A DNA stretch of 64,000 nt from Bacillota bacterium (GCA_009780065.1 WRAS01000005.1:7013-71012), one strand, 5' to 3'; shown: positions 16,393 to 26,521, counted from the stretch's first letter. Notes: generated from the letters alone by a model not told the origin. Numbers and translations are program-made.

Positions 16393-17787
16393 ATGAAATT
16401 ATTTAATACTCTTACACGAAAGAAAGAGGTTTTTACACCACTGGATGGTAGCACAGCCCGCATTTATACGTGCGGCCCTACCGTTTATGGTACACCCTCC
16501 ATTGGCAATATGCGTGCCTATATATTCACAGATATTTTAAAAAAGAGTCTGGAATATATCGGTTTTGATATAAATGACATTATCAATACAACCGACGTTG
16601 GACATCTGCAAAGTGATGCAGACGAGGGCGAGGATAAAATAGAAGTTGCCGCACGCAAAGCCAATTTAGACCCGATGCAAATTGCCAAACAATACACGGA
16701 CGAATTTCTTCGTGATTGTGCAAAGTTGAATATCCGCCATCCAAAGATTTTAGCACCTGCATCAAAATATGTACCACAAATGATTGAGCATGTATCCGGG
16801 TTAGAAAAAAAAGGCTTTACATACCAAATCAGTGACGGTGTTTATTTTGATGCTTCGCTGTTTCCAAAGTACTATGAACTAAGCGGTAAAAAGGAACAAA
16901 AAGGGGACAAAGCCGGTGCCCGTATAAAAATGGGTGAAAAGAAAAATCAAAATGACTTTGCATTGTGGAAAATCACAAAACCAACCGCATTACAGAAATG
17001 GGATTCACCATGGGGTGTTGGTTGCCCAGGTTGGCACATCGAATGTTCCGCAATCGCACGCCATCACTTTGGAGATACCTTTGATATTCACACAGGTGGG
17101 ATAGACCACATCCCAATCCACCACACAAACGAAATTGCGCAAACCCAGGCACTGACAAATAAACCGGTTGCACAATTTTGGATACATAACGAATTTGTCA
17201 AGGTTGATGGCAAAAAAATGTCCAAAAGTCTTGGCAACGTTTATACAATTCCCCAATTGGAAGAAATGGGTTTCAATCCTTTGGCATATCGATATTTTGC
17301 ATTGGGTACTCATTACCGTACAATTATTAACTTCACCTTCGAAGCATTAAAAGGTGCACAGACTGGCTATGATAATCTTGTACGCGAACTTGTGCGTCAC
17401 AAAACTTCGCTTATCAACGCGTTAATTGCAATTGATTTTGATGAATATCGTAAACGTTTTCATGATGCAATTTCGGACGATTTGAATACGCCACGTGCCC
17501 TTGCACTGGTGTGGGAGTTGGTGAAAAACGGACCAAACAAAGAAATCTATGATTTAATTATTGAATTTGATAGTGTACTGTCATTATCATTAGAAGAAGC
17601 GATTAACAAAGAAATCGCCAAATCAAATGTTAAAATCCCGTCACTGGTAACCAAAATTGCAAATGCACGCATGGATGCAAAAAAAGCAAAAGATTTCAAA
17701 ACAGCGGACAAGTTACGAGAGGAAATCAAAACACTTGGGTACGAGATTATAGATACCAAAGACGGATACGAAATCACAAAGATTTGA
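16393..17787 (+). CDS. cysS: Cysteine--tRNA ligase
   Basis: 464 aa. YTCGPTVYGTPSIGNMR is the class I HIGH region and KMSKSLGN is the KMSKS motif. The CPGWHIEC zinc motif is present. Confidence 0.95.
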   Translation: MKLFNTLTRKKEVFTPLDGSTARIYTCGPTVYGTPSIGNMRAYIFTDILKKSLEYIGFDINDIINTTDVGHLQSDADEGEDKIEVAARKANLDPMQIAKQYTDEFLRDCAKLNIRHPKILAPASKYVPQMIEHVSGLEKKGFTYQISDGVYFDASLFPKYYELSGKKEQKGDKAGARIKMGEKKNQNDFALWKITKPTALQKWDSPWGVGCPGWHIECSAIARHHFGDTFDIHTGGIDHIPIHHTNEIAQTQALTNKPVAQFWIHNEFVKVDGKKMSKSLGNVYTIPQLEEMGFNPLAYRYFALGTHYRTIINFTFEALKGAQTGYDNLVRELVRHKTSLINALIAIDFDEYRKRFHDAISDDLNTPRALALVWELVKNGPNKEIYDLIIEFDSVLSLSLEEAINKEIAKSNVKIPSLVTKIANARMDAKKAKDFKTADKLREEIKTLGYEIIDTKDGYEITKI

Positions 17788-17822
17788 TTGGACAAAATAC
17801 AAAAAAATCTGTACAATTAAAA

Positions 17823-19280
17823 ATGAACGCATTTGATCAACAGAAATACATAAAGTTACAGTCGGAAAAGATTTTAGAACGTGTTTCCAAGTTTAAAAAA
17901 CTATATCTTGAATTTGGTGGAAAGTTATTTGATGACCACCATATTTCTCGTTGTTTGCCTGGCTTTGATCCGGACACAAAGATTAAAATGCTTCTTAATA
18001 TAAAGGAAAAGGTTGAGGTAATTATTACCATCGCCGCCGAAGATATCGAGTCTGGTAAACGCAGACACGATGTAGGGATTAGTTACGAGGATTATACAAT
18101 ACAACTTATTGAAAGTTTCAAGGATGTTGGATTGCTTGTAAATTCTGTGGTAATTAATAAATTTGATTCCCAACCATCCGTGATCACATATAAACGCAAA
18201 TTAGAACAACGCAGCATAAAAGTTCATCTTTTTAATAAAATTATGGGTTATCCAACAAATGTAGATTTGGTTCTTAGCGATCGTGGTTTTGGTGTAAACC
18301 CCTTCATCCAAACAACCAAGCCCATTGTTCTAATAACCAGTCCCGGTGCAAAAAGTGGTAAGATGGGTGTAGGGTTAAGTCAACTTTATCATGAGGCCAA
18401 GAACGGCAATAAAAAGGCCGGCTTTGCAAAATTTGAAACTGTACCCGTATGGAATTTGCCATTAAGGCATCCGTTGAATATCGCCTACGAAGCCTCTACC
18501 GTAAACATTAATGATGTGAATGTAATAGACCACTATCACTTTGAAAAATATGGTGTTGTTGCGGTTAACTATAACCGTGATATCGAGGCATTTCCATTAC
18601 TGCAAAATATCTTTCGTCATATCTACGGAAAAGATATTTATCACAGTCCAACAGACATGGGCGTTAATATGGTAGGATTTTGTATTAATGATAATGCAGC
18701 AGTTGAAGCCGCATGCAAACAAGAGATTATCCGCAGGTACTTTGAAACCCTGTGCTATTTCAAACAAGGCAAGGTGGGTGAAGACACGGTGTCCCGTATG
18801 GTCTTGTTAATGAAACAACTTTCACTGAACCCAACTGACCGTGGGGTAGTGGTACACACAGCAAAGTTACAAGAAAAGGAAAGTAAACATTCCGCGTCTA
18901 TACAACTTTCAACCGGCGAAATTTTATCTGCAACTGCAAACGGATTTACCAGTGCATCCAGCGAATTGCTTTTAAAAGCGGTTGGAAAATTATTGTCTCT
19001 TAATTCCAAGATTCGAATTATCCCCGATAACATAATGCAAAAAACCACTGAATTAAAAACCCAAATTCTGGGAGAGAAAAGATTCCACCTGCGTTTGGGC
19101 GAGATTCTGGTTATTCTGGCGTCCAGTGCGGTTACAAACGAATTGTCTGCACATGCTTTGGATGCAATTAAACAATTGAAGGGTGCCGAGGTTCACACAT
19201 CATACATGATTTCTGACGAAGAATCCATGGTTTGGAAAAGACTTGGGGTCAATTTAACCCAAGAGCCTGTATTGGGATAA
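17823..19280 (+). CDS. DUF1846 (UPF0371) family protein
   Basis: MNAFDQQKYIKLQSEKILERV...LYLEFGGKLFDDHH...PGFDPD is typical of UPF0371. The start is chosen at the ATG 5 nt after TACAAT (17812-17817). Confidence 0.75.
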   Translation: MNAFDQQKYIKLQSEKILERVSKFKKLYLEFGGKLFDDHHISRCLPGFDPDTKIKMLLNIKEKVEVIITIAAEDIESGKRRHDVGISYEDYTIQLIESFKDVGLLVNSVVINKFDSQPSVITYKRKLEQRSIKVHLFNKIMGYPTNVDLVLSDRGFGVNPFIQTTKPIVLITSPGAKSGKMGVGLSQLYHEAKNGNKKAGFAKFETVPVWNLPLRHPLNIAYEASTVNINDVNVIDHYHFEKYGVVAVNYNRDIEAFPLLQNIFRHIYGKDIYHSPTDMGVNMVGFCINDNAAVEAACKQEIIRRYFETLCYFKQGKVGEDTVSRMVLLMKQLSLNPTDRGVVVHTAKLQEKESKHSASIQLSTGEILSATANGFTSASSELLLKAVGKLLSLNSKIRIIPDNIMQKTTELKTQILGEKRFHLRLGEILVILASSAVTNELSAHALDAIKQLKGAEVHTSYMISDEESMVWKRLGVNLTQEPVLG

Positions 19281-19397
19281 TAGCATTTAAATCTTTACAA
19301 ATTAAATTTAATAGGATATAATAACACCTGTGGGAGAATCCACGTAAATTTTTATGCGTAGATTTGTTTGCACCACAAAAAAGGAGAAACATAAATT

Positions 19398-19823
19398 ATG
19401 TCCAAACCAATTAAGGCCCAGGTTAAACTCCAAATCGCGGCGGGAAAAGCCACCCCGGCTCCACCGGTTGGATCTACGCTGGGACCACACGGAATTAACA
19501 TTCCACAATTTGTAAAAGGTTTTAATGACGCAACTGCAAAGGACGCCGGTCTGGTTATACCAGTTGTTGTTACCATTTACACTGACAGAACATTTGACTG
19601 GGAATTAAAGACACCGCCTGTGGCTGTTCTTATTAAAAAAGAACTTGGTCTGCCTGCGGGTTCAAAAAAGCCTAATACAGACAAAGTGGGTAAAATCACA
19701 CGTGCCCAGGTCGAAAAAATTGCGCAACAGAAAATGGTGGATCTAAACACAACAGACATTGCAAGTGCAATCAGCATGGTCGAAGGTACAGCCCGTTCAA
19801 TGGGTGTTGTGGTAGTTGACTAA
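19398..19823 (+). CDS. rplK: 50S ribosomal protein L11
   Basis: 141 aa, [34 protein letters not shown]. Promoter TTTACA-17-TATAAT lies upstream (~19296-19324). Confidence 0.95.
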   Translation: MSKPIKAQVKLQIAAGKATPAPPVGSTLGPHGINIPQFVKGFNDATAKDAGLVIPVVVTIYTDRTFDWELKTPPVAVLIKKELGLPAGSKKPNTDKVGKITRAQVEKIAQQKMVDLNTTDIASAISMVEGTARSMGVVVVD

Positions 19824-19842
19824 TATTATATAAGGAGCAAAC

Positions 19843-20532
19843 ATGAAACAATCTAAAAAATACCTCGAAAAATTATCAAAAGTGGATACAACAAAACAGT
19901 ATCCCGCAGAGGAAGCATTGAAACTTGTAGTAGAAAATGCGACAGCCAAGTTTGATGAAAGTGTAGAATTACACGTTCGGCTTGGTGTAGATGGCAGACA
20001 AGCCGACCAACAAGTACGTGGTACGGTGGTATTGCCAAACGGAACAGGTAAAACATTACGTGTTCTTGTAATTGCAAAGGGTGACAAAGCGGAAGAAGCA
20101 AAAAAAGCCGGTGCCGACCACGTTGGCGAAATGGACATCATCACAAAGATTACCAGTAATAACTGGCTGGACTTTGATGTATGTATTACAACCCCAGACA
20201 TGATGGGTGTTGTGGGTCGTGTTGCAAAGATTCTTGGACCAAAAGGTTTGATGCCAAACCCAAAATCCGGTACAGTAACAAACGACATAACCAAAGCAGT
20301 TAACGATGCAAAAGGCGGCAAGGTAGAATATCGTTTAGACAAGGGGAATAACATTCACTGTTTGATTGGAAAGGTTTCGTTTGGCGCGGAGAAACTTGCA
20401 CAGAACTATACTGTTTTGATTAACGCAATTAACAAGGCAAAACCAAACTCTGCAAAAGGTGTTTACATGAAAAACGTTGTGGTTACATCCACAATGGGTG
20501 TTGGGGTAAAGGTTATACCACCACTTGCATAA
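19843..20532 (+). CDS. rplA: 50S ribosomal protein L1
   Basis: 229 aa, [34 protein letters not shown]. Confidence 0.95.
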   Translation: MKQSKKYLEKLSKVDTTKQYPAEEALKLVVENATAKFDESVELHVRLGVDGRQADQQVRGTVVLPNGTGKTLRVLVIAKGDKAEEAKKAGADHVGEMDIITKITSNNWLDFDVCITTPDMMGVVGRVAKILGPKGLMPNPKSGTVTNDITKAVNDAKGGKVEYRLDKGNNIHCLIGKVSFGAEKLAQNYTVLINAINKAKPNSAKGVYMKNVVVTSTMGVGVKVIPPLA

Positions 20533-20546
20533 TTCAAATTACAATT

Positions 20547-20575
20547 AAAAAAGAGGCGTAGTGCCTCTTTTTTTG
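20547..20575. terminator. Bidirectional intrinsic terminator between rplA and the convergent 20597..20992 gene
   Basis: An A-run, AAGAGGC-GTAGT-GCCTCTT, then a T-run. Confidence 0.8.
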
Positions 20576-20596
20576 TGTGACTAAAACTTCTTGTTT

Positions 20597-20992
20597 TTAC
20601 TTTGTAATTACATCTCCGCGTGATATTTGGTTTCTGTTAAGGTTTATCAACAACCCCACCTTTTCACCGGCTTGTGCTTCTGTCAAAGTTCTTCTGAATG
20701 CTTCTACACCAGTTATTTTGCCTCTTAGATTATTGTTTATTAAAACTGTGTCTCCTACACGAATTTGTCCAGATTCTATTTGCCCAGTCAGAACCGTCCC
20801 ACGCCCTGTGATTGAAAAAATGTCTTCGACAATCATTCTGAAAGATCCCGAACTTGACGGTCTGTTATCCCAACTAGCAGTAGACTGAGTTGTTTGCCAG
20901 TTGGCAGTGGGTTGTGATTGACGTGCCTCGGACTCTCTGCGCATTTGTTCCAGTTCCTCTTGCAGGGGATCTTTTTTCTTTCTAAAGAACAT
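20597..20992 (-). CDS. Small protein consisting of a disordered N-terminus plus an EF-Tu domain-2-like beta-barrel
   Basis: FRMIVEDIFSITGRGTVLTGQIESGQIRVGDTVLINNN..GKITGVEAFRRTLTEAQAGEKVGLLINL..ISRGDVITK matches the translation-factor domain II pattern. No GTPase domain is present. Confidence 0.7.
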   Translation of the reverse strand: MFFRKKKDPLQEELEQMRRESEARQSQPTANWQTTQSTASWDNRPSSSGSFRMIVEDIFSITGRGTVLTGQIESGQIRVGDTVLINNNLRGKITGVEAFRRTLTEAQAGEKVGLLINLNRNQISRGDVITK

Positions 20993-21007
20993 ATATATTA
21001 CCTCATT

Positions 21008-21487
21008 TTACTTTTTCGGCAGGACAAATGCTTGAGCAATACCGATTGCACCAACAACTGCCAAGATTATTGCACCAATTCCAACACGTGTTGCTGCACC
21101 CGCAATTCCGAACAGAGAAATGTTGTCTGTGGATATTACAAATATAATCGCAAACACCGCAGTAACAAGACCAACCGCACATCCGACTAGTGTTATTAGA
21201 CTGTATCGTTTCCCAAGTTTGCTCTTTTTATTTGCCAAGAACAACATTACACCAAACACAATCAACAAAGCCGCAACAACCATTGTTACAATGGAAAAGA
21301 TTCCTGTCAGCAACAACCACGTATTCTCGATGTCACCAAGATTCCCAATCAGGTCAAATGCGTTTTGACCATTGTCGTTTGTTCTGTTAAGTATTGTTGT
21401 TCTGAACACGACCAATGGCAGCACCAATGGCACAAATAACAACACCCCCAGTATAATTGAAACGATACCGTTTCTTTGATTTTTCAT
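21008..21487 (-). CDS. Hypothetical four-helix membrane protein (operon partner of 20597..20992)
   Basis: 159 aa, hydrophobic. Strong SD AGGAGG. Its stop lies 15 nt upstream of the next start. Confidence 0.65.
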   Translation of the reverse strand: MKNQRNGIVSIILGVLLFVPLVLPLVVFRTTILNRTNDNGQNAFDLIGNLGDIENTWLLLTGIFSIVTMVVAALLIVFGVMLFLANKKSKLGKRYSLITLVGCAVGLVTAVFAIIFVISTDNISLFGIAGAATRVGIGAIILAVVGAIGIAQAFVLPKK

Positions 21488-21573
21488 ATTTTTCCTCCTT
21501 AAAATATTATATCAATAAGGCTAGCACAATATTTTGAAAATACAAAACAAAAGAGGCTCTTTGCCTCTTGTAA

Positions 21574-21837
21574 TTAATCTTTGATGGTTGCGGTAAGTAA
21601 ACTGATTTTGAATCCTTCCCATTTACTTGAAATTTCTTCCAGTGTGGATGGGGCGGGAAAGTCCAAGTCATGTTTTAATGCGAGACCAAAATATTGGTGG
21701 ATAAGGTCCTCGGCACTTGCGTATACGTCTTCCATCTTTTCGCCCTCTGCGAATATGGATAAATCCGGGATGAACCCGTTGTATTTTTCTTCTTCCTGGT
21801 TATATATGAAAACGATTGGATATGTAAACTTTGGCAT
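21574..21837 (-). CDS. HicB-like (UPF0150) antitoxin-fold protein, with no HicA partner seen
   Basis: MPKFTYPIVFIYNQEEEKYNGFIPDLSIFAEGEKMEDVYASAEDLIHQYF..DFPAPS fits the HicB N-terminal fold pattern. SD GAGGGGA. Confidence 0.6.
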   Translation of the reverse strand: MPKFTYPIVFIYNQEEEKYNGFIPDLSIFAEGEKMEDVYASAEDLIHQYFGLALKHDLDFPAPSTLEEISSKWEGFKISLLTATIKD

Positions 21838-21986
21838 GTTTTCCCCTCTTTAATATATTTCATTTTATCCTAAAGAATAACATATTGTCTAATGTTTTTA
21901 TTTCAATAACTGACATAGTAAAATTATTTATGGACAAAGTTCAAAATTTGACCTATAATTGGTTATAGCAGTTCGGAGGTAGACAC

Positions 21987-22235
21987 ATGGAAACAATAAG
22001 AGATAACGATTTCCCAGACATGACCATTATGGATGGGAAAATTGTTCCGACAGGTTTTGCGGCAGGGATGAACAAATTAAGTGGATCACTTCAAAACCAG
22101 ACAAATCTTCCAGAACAAACAAAATCTGGGATGACAGCAGAATTCTCACAAGGTATTCCACAGGATATTCTCGCATATTTAAGAGGCGCAACACAACAAG
22201 CAACAATCGCAGAAGATATCGAGCGAGGAAGTTAA
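21987..22235 (+). CDS. Small hypothetical protein
   Basis: 82-aa ORF with SD GGAGG, followed by a terminator. Confidence 0.5.
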   Translation: METIRDNDFPDMTIMDGKIVPTGFAAGMNKLSGSLQNQTNLPEQTKSGMTAEFSQGIPQDILAYLRGATQQATIAEDIERGS

Positions 22236-22249
22236 TCAAATTTATTTTG

Positions 22250-22275
22250 AACTCAGGTACTCCCTGAGTTTTTTA
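22250..22275 (+). terminator. Intrinsic terminator
   Basis: ACTCAGG-TACTC-CCTGAGT plus T-run. Confidence 0.75.
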
Positions 22276-22419
22276 ATTCAAACCCCTTGACGCATATCCC
22301 ACGCCATGATATTATATTGAAGCCTTTTCGGCTTTCTTTTTTTCTGTGACACAGTTTAAAAGACAAAAATTATCGAGCCATGTATCCATATAATGCACAT
22401 GGTTCACAAGGAGACAAAA

Positions 22420-22803
22420 ATGCCTACAGTCAATCAATTGGTCAGAACAGGACGAAAACAAGTCACATCCAAGTCAAAATCACCAATCTTGGAATCATGC
22501 CCACAAAAACGTGCGGTATGTTTACAGGTGAAAACAACCACGCCTAAGAAACCAAACTCGGCTTTACGTAAGGTTGCGCGTGTACGTTTCAGTAACAAGC
22601 AAGAAGGTACCGCATACATCCCTGGGATCGGACACAACCTTCAAGAACACAGTGTGGTTCTTGTGCGTGGCGGACGTGTAAAGGATCTTCCAGGTGTTCG
22701 TTACCATATCGTACGCGGAACATTGGATACCGCAGGGGTCGCCAACCGTAAACAAGCCCGTTCAAAATACGGTGCAAAGAAGCCAAAGACAACATCAAAA
22801 TAA
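22420..22803 (+). CDS. rpsL: 30S ribosomal protein S12
   Basis: [15 protein letters not shown]...[16 protein letters not shown]. The start is taken after AAGGAG. Confidence 0.95.
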   Translation: MPTVNQLVRTGRKQVTSKSKSPILESCPQKRAVCLQVKTTTPKKPNSALRKVARVRFSNKQEGTAYIPGIGHNLQEHSVVLVRGGRVKDLPGVRYHIVRGTLDTAGVANRKQARSKYGAKKPKTTSK

Positions 22804-22906
22804 ATCTAACTGAAAAGCAGATGTCAGAGAAACGAGTTAGACGAGGAAAGCAAGATGTCACGAGGGGAACTTACTTAATGTAAGTGACCCGATGGGATAG
22901 CGATGC

Positions 22907-22935
22907 TTGACAAAGTATAACGAAGTTTATATAAC
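22907..22935 (+). promoter_or_regulatory. Internal promoter TTGACA-17-TATAAC within the long rpsL-rpsG spacer
   Basis: TTGACA at 22907-22912 and TATAAC at 22930-22935. Confidence 0.45.
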
Positions 22936-23074
22936 ATCTGAAAGTAACGCGAGGCACGCGTGAAAATAAAAACCTTGAAAGAAAATCAGAGTAATTCTTT
23001 CATAAAAGGTAAGTGACAAAGCACCGCGAAGCGTATCGGATGCAACGTCACGTTGCAAAAGGAGAATATAAATC

Positions 23075-23545
23075 ATGCCAAGAAGAAGTGGAATTCCACC
23101 AAAACAAGTATTACCAGACCCAATCTACAAGAGCGAAGTTGTAACCAAACTTATCAACCAAATTATGTTAGATGGTAAAAAAGGTGTTGCTCAATCCATC
23201 GTATATGGTGCATTTGAACAGATGGGCAAAAAGTTAAACGTTGCACCAATTACCGCATTTCAGCAGGTGTTGGATAACCTGATGCCTTTGCTTGAAACAA
23301 AAGCAAGACGCGTTGGTGGTTCTAACTACCAAGTACCTATGGAAGTACGTCCCGCACGTCGCCAGACCCTTGCAATTCGTTGGCTTGTGAACTTTTCCCG
23401 AAAGCGTAACGAAAAAACAATGGAAGACCGTCTTGCCGCCGAAATGATTGATGCATACAATCAAACCGGGGCTGCATTCAAGAAAAAAGAAGAAGTCCAC
23501 AAGATGGCAGAAGCCAACAAAGCATTTGCACATTACAAATGGTAA
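23075..23545 (+). CDS. rpsG: 30S ribosomal protein S7
   Basis: 156 aa, [40 protein letters not shown]. Confidence 0.95.
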   Translation: MPRRSGIPPKQVLPDPIYKSEVVTKLINQIMLDGKKGVAQSIVYGAFEQMGKKLNVAPITAFQQVLDNLMPLLETKARRVGGSNYQVPMEVRPARRQTLAIRWLVNFSRKRNEKTMEDRLAAEMIDAYNQTGAAFKKKEEVHKMAEANKAFAHYKW

Positions 23546-23565
23546 TTCGTATTTATACTTAATTT

Positions 23566-23589
23566 AAAAGGGCTACAAAGCCCTTTTTT
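23566..23589 (+). terminator. Intrinsic terminator after rpsG
   Basis: AAAAGGGC-TACAAA-GCCCTTTT hairpin with T-run. Confidence 0.75.
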
Positions 23590-23681
23590 CTTGTATAGTT
23601 ACTACAAATGTTTGACACCCGCAAAACATAAATATAGAATGTAATATGCCCCTTAAAGGCATAACTAAAAGGAGAATTTAA

Positions 23682-24524
23682 ATGTCAAAAATTACAGTCA
23701 GTGTAGACAGTCCAGCAGATTTTAACCAAGAACTGCTTAATAGATATAATATCGAAAAGGCATACACCGGTATAGTCATAGGAGATGATTTCTTTTTGGA
23801 TAAAGATCTTACCCCCAACGATATTTACAAGGCGGTCGAGGTAGACAACAAAACACCAAAAACTAATGCACCAACCGAAGAACAATATCGCGAAATTTTT
23901 GAAAAATACACAAAAGACGGCGGGCAGCATATTCATGTGTCCATCAGTTCCGCCGTATCCGCCAGCCACGAAAATGCAAAACGTGTTGCAAAGGATTTTA
24001 AAAATGTCCGCGTAGTTGATTCAAAATCTCTTTGTATGGGATTGTCCTTTATTGCAATGAAGGCACAAGACCTGGCAAATCAGGGCAAATCTTTGGAAGA
24101 GATCTTGGCAGAGTTGGAAAACATTATTGCAAAAACCAACATTAGTTTTATTATAAAGGATCTGAAGTTCCTTCACAAGGGCGGTCGTGCAAGCGGATTG
24201 CAACTTTTGGGTGCGAATCTGTTGAAAATCCGTCCTTCGTTGATAATGAATGAAGAAGGCAAATTGGTACCAGGTAAAAAGTTCAAAGGTGAATTTGCAA
24301 AAGCCGTAAAAGAATACACCGCATTTAAGGTTGAGCAATTTGCAAACGCGGACAAGACAATAGCAATGATTGCGTTCTCGGACATAGATAAAGCGATTGT
24401 AGAAGACGTAACCAAAGAAGTCAAAGCAGCCGGATTCCAAGAAGTTCACCAAATCCAAGCCGGTCCAACAATTACAATTCACTGTGGCCGCAATACGATT
24501 GGTGTGCTTTTCTTGGAGAAGTAA
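23682..24524 (+). CDS. DegV-family fatty-acid-binding protein
   Basis: 280 aa. The VDSPADF...HIHVSISSAVSASHENAK...LHKGGRAS pattern is typical of DegV. Promoter TTGACA-17-TAGAAT upstream. Confidence 0.85.
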   Translation: MSKITVSVDSPADFNQELLNRYNIEKAYTGIVIGDDFFLDKDLTPNDIYKAVEVDNKTPKTNAPTEEQYREIFEKYTKDGGQHIHVSISSAVSASHENAKRVAKDFKNVRVVDSKSLCMGLSFIAMKAQDLANQGKSLEEILAELENIIAKTNISFIIKDLKFLHKGGRASGLQLLGANLLKIRPSLIMNEEGKLVPGKKFKGEFAKAVKEYTAFKVEQFANADKTIAMIAFSDIDKAIVEDVTKEVKAAGFQEVHQIQAGPTITIHCGRNTIGVLFLEK

Positions 24525-24562
24525 TCCATAATATATAACCCTTACATCTAATACATATAGAT

Positions 24563-25954
24563 GTGGAAGATTCTACTTCATCAAAACCTGTTTCACATCG
24601 AACCAAACTCCTATATGGTGTAGGGGCTTTTGGATATGGTTCGACGGTGCAAACCATGAATTCGTTTCTTATGTTTTTTGGAACCGGTATTTTAGGTATT
24701 CCAGGCGCTTTGATGGGAGTTGCAATTGCAATTTCCACAGTTTGGGATGCGACGACGGACCCATTTGTGGGGCATTTCTCGGATAAAACTAGAAGCCGTT
24801 TCTTCGGTAAGCGACATGGATATTTGTTGGTTGGTGCAATTATGGTTGCAGTTTTCAATATCTTGGTTTGGTCAATAAATCCTGGGTTACCTATTTGGGC
24901 AAAATTTGTGCTTTTGTTGACATTGTTGCTGGGGATTGAAACATTTAATACGTTTTATTCCACACCGTATCAGGCACTGGGATTAGATTTATCCAAGAGT
25001 TATCAAGACAGAACCCTTGTGCAAAATTATAAAACAGTTTTTAGTTTTCTAAGTTTACTGGTCCCTTCACTGTTGATGATCGTTTTTTTGTCTCCGACAC
25101 GATATGCAACCATGGGCGCATCCAGCCAAGGCTATCGTGACATAGCGATAGTTACATCCATCCTGTGTATTATATGTGGGTTGATTGTATTTTTTGGAAC
25201 CTATAAACATCGGCCAATATACAAGCCAATACCAAACGAAAATCAAGAAAAAAGCAAAGGTATCATCACGGATTTTTTCTCGGTTGTAAAACAAAAGAAC
25301 GTTGGGCGATTAATTTTGGGGTATGCAATATCGCTTAGCGCTGCGGCATTCATTACATCGCTTGGGTTACATGTGTTTACGTTTACATTTCAATTTTCTA
25401 CAAATGAGATTCCCGTCGTAATGGTTTCGTTGATAATCGGTATTATTGTGGGACAACCGATTTGGTATCATTTTTCCAAACGAACGGACAAAGTTACCGC
25501 ACTTATCGTGGCAATCATTGTTGTCATACTTGGTATCTTGGCTTTTGGAATGGCTCTTGCGTTCCGTAACCAGATTAACCCATATGCGGTATTGCCATTG
25601 GTTGCATTGACCATTTTTATATGTGGGGTGGGTAGTGGATGTTTGTACTCGCTGCCGATAAGTATGTTTGCGGATTGCATAGACCGCGCCAACCGACAAA
25701 ACAATACCGACAAAACCGCGGTTAGTGCGGGATTTTTAACATTTTGCACAAAGGTTAGTAATGCCTTTATAATGTTCATTATTGGTGTCAGTTTAGATTT
25801 AATAGGCTTTCGCGGGAACCAAGCCACACAAAGCCTGTTCGTTCAAAATATGCTTGGATTTGTTCTTGTAAGCGGGGTGGTGGTTGCGTGTACCCTTGCA
25901 TTGTTTGTGTATTCGGGTTATTCATTTTCAAAAAAAGATTTTGAAAACAATTGA
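24563..25954 (+). CDS. MFS/GPH-family (glycoside-pentoside-hexuronide:cation symporter-like) transporter
   Basis: 463 aa, about 12 TM segments. KLLYGVGAFGYG...DATTDPFVGHFSDKTRSRFGKR is a MelB/GPH-type motif. GTG start as in the ORF track. Confidence 0.75.
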   Translation: MEDSTSSKPVSHRTKLLYGVGAFGYGSTVQTMNSFLMFFGTGILGIPGALMGVAIAISTVWDATTDPFVGHFSDKTRSRFFGKRHGYLLVGAIMVAVFNILVWSINPGLPIWAKFVLLLTLLLGIETFNTFYSTPYQALGLDLSKSYQDRTLVQNYKTVFSFLSLLVPSLLMIVFLSPTRYATMGASSQGYRDIAIVTSILCIICGLIVFFGTYKHRPIYKPIPNENQEKSKGIITDFFSVVKQKNVGRLILGYAISLSAAAFITSLGLHVFTFTFQFSTNEIPVVMVSLIIGIIVGQPIWYHFSKRTDKVTALIVAIIVVILGILAFGMALAFRNQINPYAVLPLVALTIFICGVGSGCLYSLPISMFADCIDRANRQNNTDKTAVSAGFLTFCTKVSNAFIMFIIGVSLDLIGFRGNQATQSLFVQNMLGFVLVSGVVVACTLALFVYSGYSFSKKDFENN

Positions 25955-26004
25955 TTTTTAATACGTATATTGACTTTGATATCAAAAATAAGATATAATC
26001 TGTA

Positions 26005-26448
26005 ATGAAGAAAAAAAGCGAACTTATGCTTAAATTTGACGCTCTTGAAGAAAAAAGAGATAGTCAGATTTCAAGTTATAGACCTGACAGGTTTATGTTG
26101 GAGAAAAGAAAAGCAATTCAAAAGGAAATCAACGACCTTGTTAATCAAATGGCACCAGTTGACGAGTCTTTTGCCGAGTACATTGATGACAGAAGAATTC
26201 CGCGTGGAGCACTTTATCCAAGCGGAATTAAATGCGTTGATCCGTCGCAAAATCGAGGTTCAACGTATTACGTGTCAGAAATAACTGGTTGCAGCAGAGA
26301 GGTTCAATATGAATCTGATCTTGGTGGGGTGGGATACGGACCTGAATTGGAATATGATAAACAAATTAAATTTGGTCAATGTAGCAAGTTTATGGGTTGG
26401 GAAGGTTTTTCTATCCCAGAAGCCACAAGTGTTAAAGAAAGAGATTAA
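26005..26448 (+). CDS. Hypothetical protein
   Basis: 147-aa ORF. Promoter TTGACT-18-TATAAT (25970-25999) ends 5 nt before the ATG, with no SD. Confidence 0.55.
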   Translation: MKKKSELMLKFDALEEKRDSQISSYRPDRFMLEKRKAIQKEINDLVNQMAPVDESFAEYIDDRRIPRGALYPSGIKCVDPSQNRGSTYYVSEITGCSREVQYESDLGGVGYGPELEYDKQIKFGQCSKFMGWEGFSIPEATSVKERD

Positions 26449-26461
26449 AATTATAATTTAA

Positions 26462-26490
26462 TTGACTAATTCCAACAAATAACATATAAT
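26462..26490 (+). promoter_or_regulatory. Consensus promoter TTGACT-17-TATAAT of the glyQS leader
   Basis: TTGACT at 26462-26467 and TATAAT at 26485-26490. Confidence 0.7.
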
Positions 26491-26521
26491 ATCTCATAAC
26501 ATCTAAGGAGTTTGTGTTTGC

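Noticed and set aside
19797-20354. 185-aa minus-strand ORF
   Set aside because: It lies antisense to rplA.
22287-22345. Promoter TTGACG-17-TG-TATTAT followed at once by a hairpin plus T-run upstream of rpsL (possible attenuator)
   Set aside because: The 5-bp hairpin (22320-22334) starts at or before the predicted transcription start, so it would not be fully transcribed from that promoter. The observation is too ambiguous to call.
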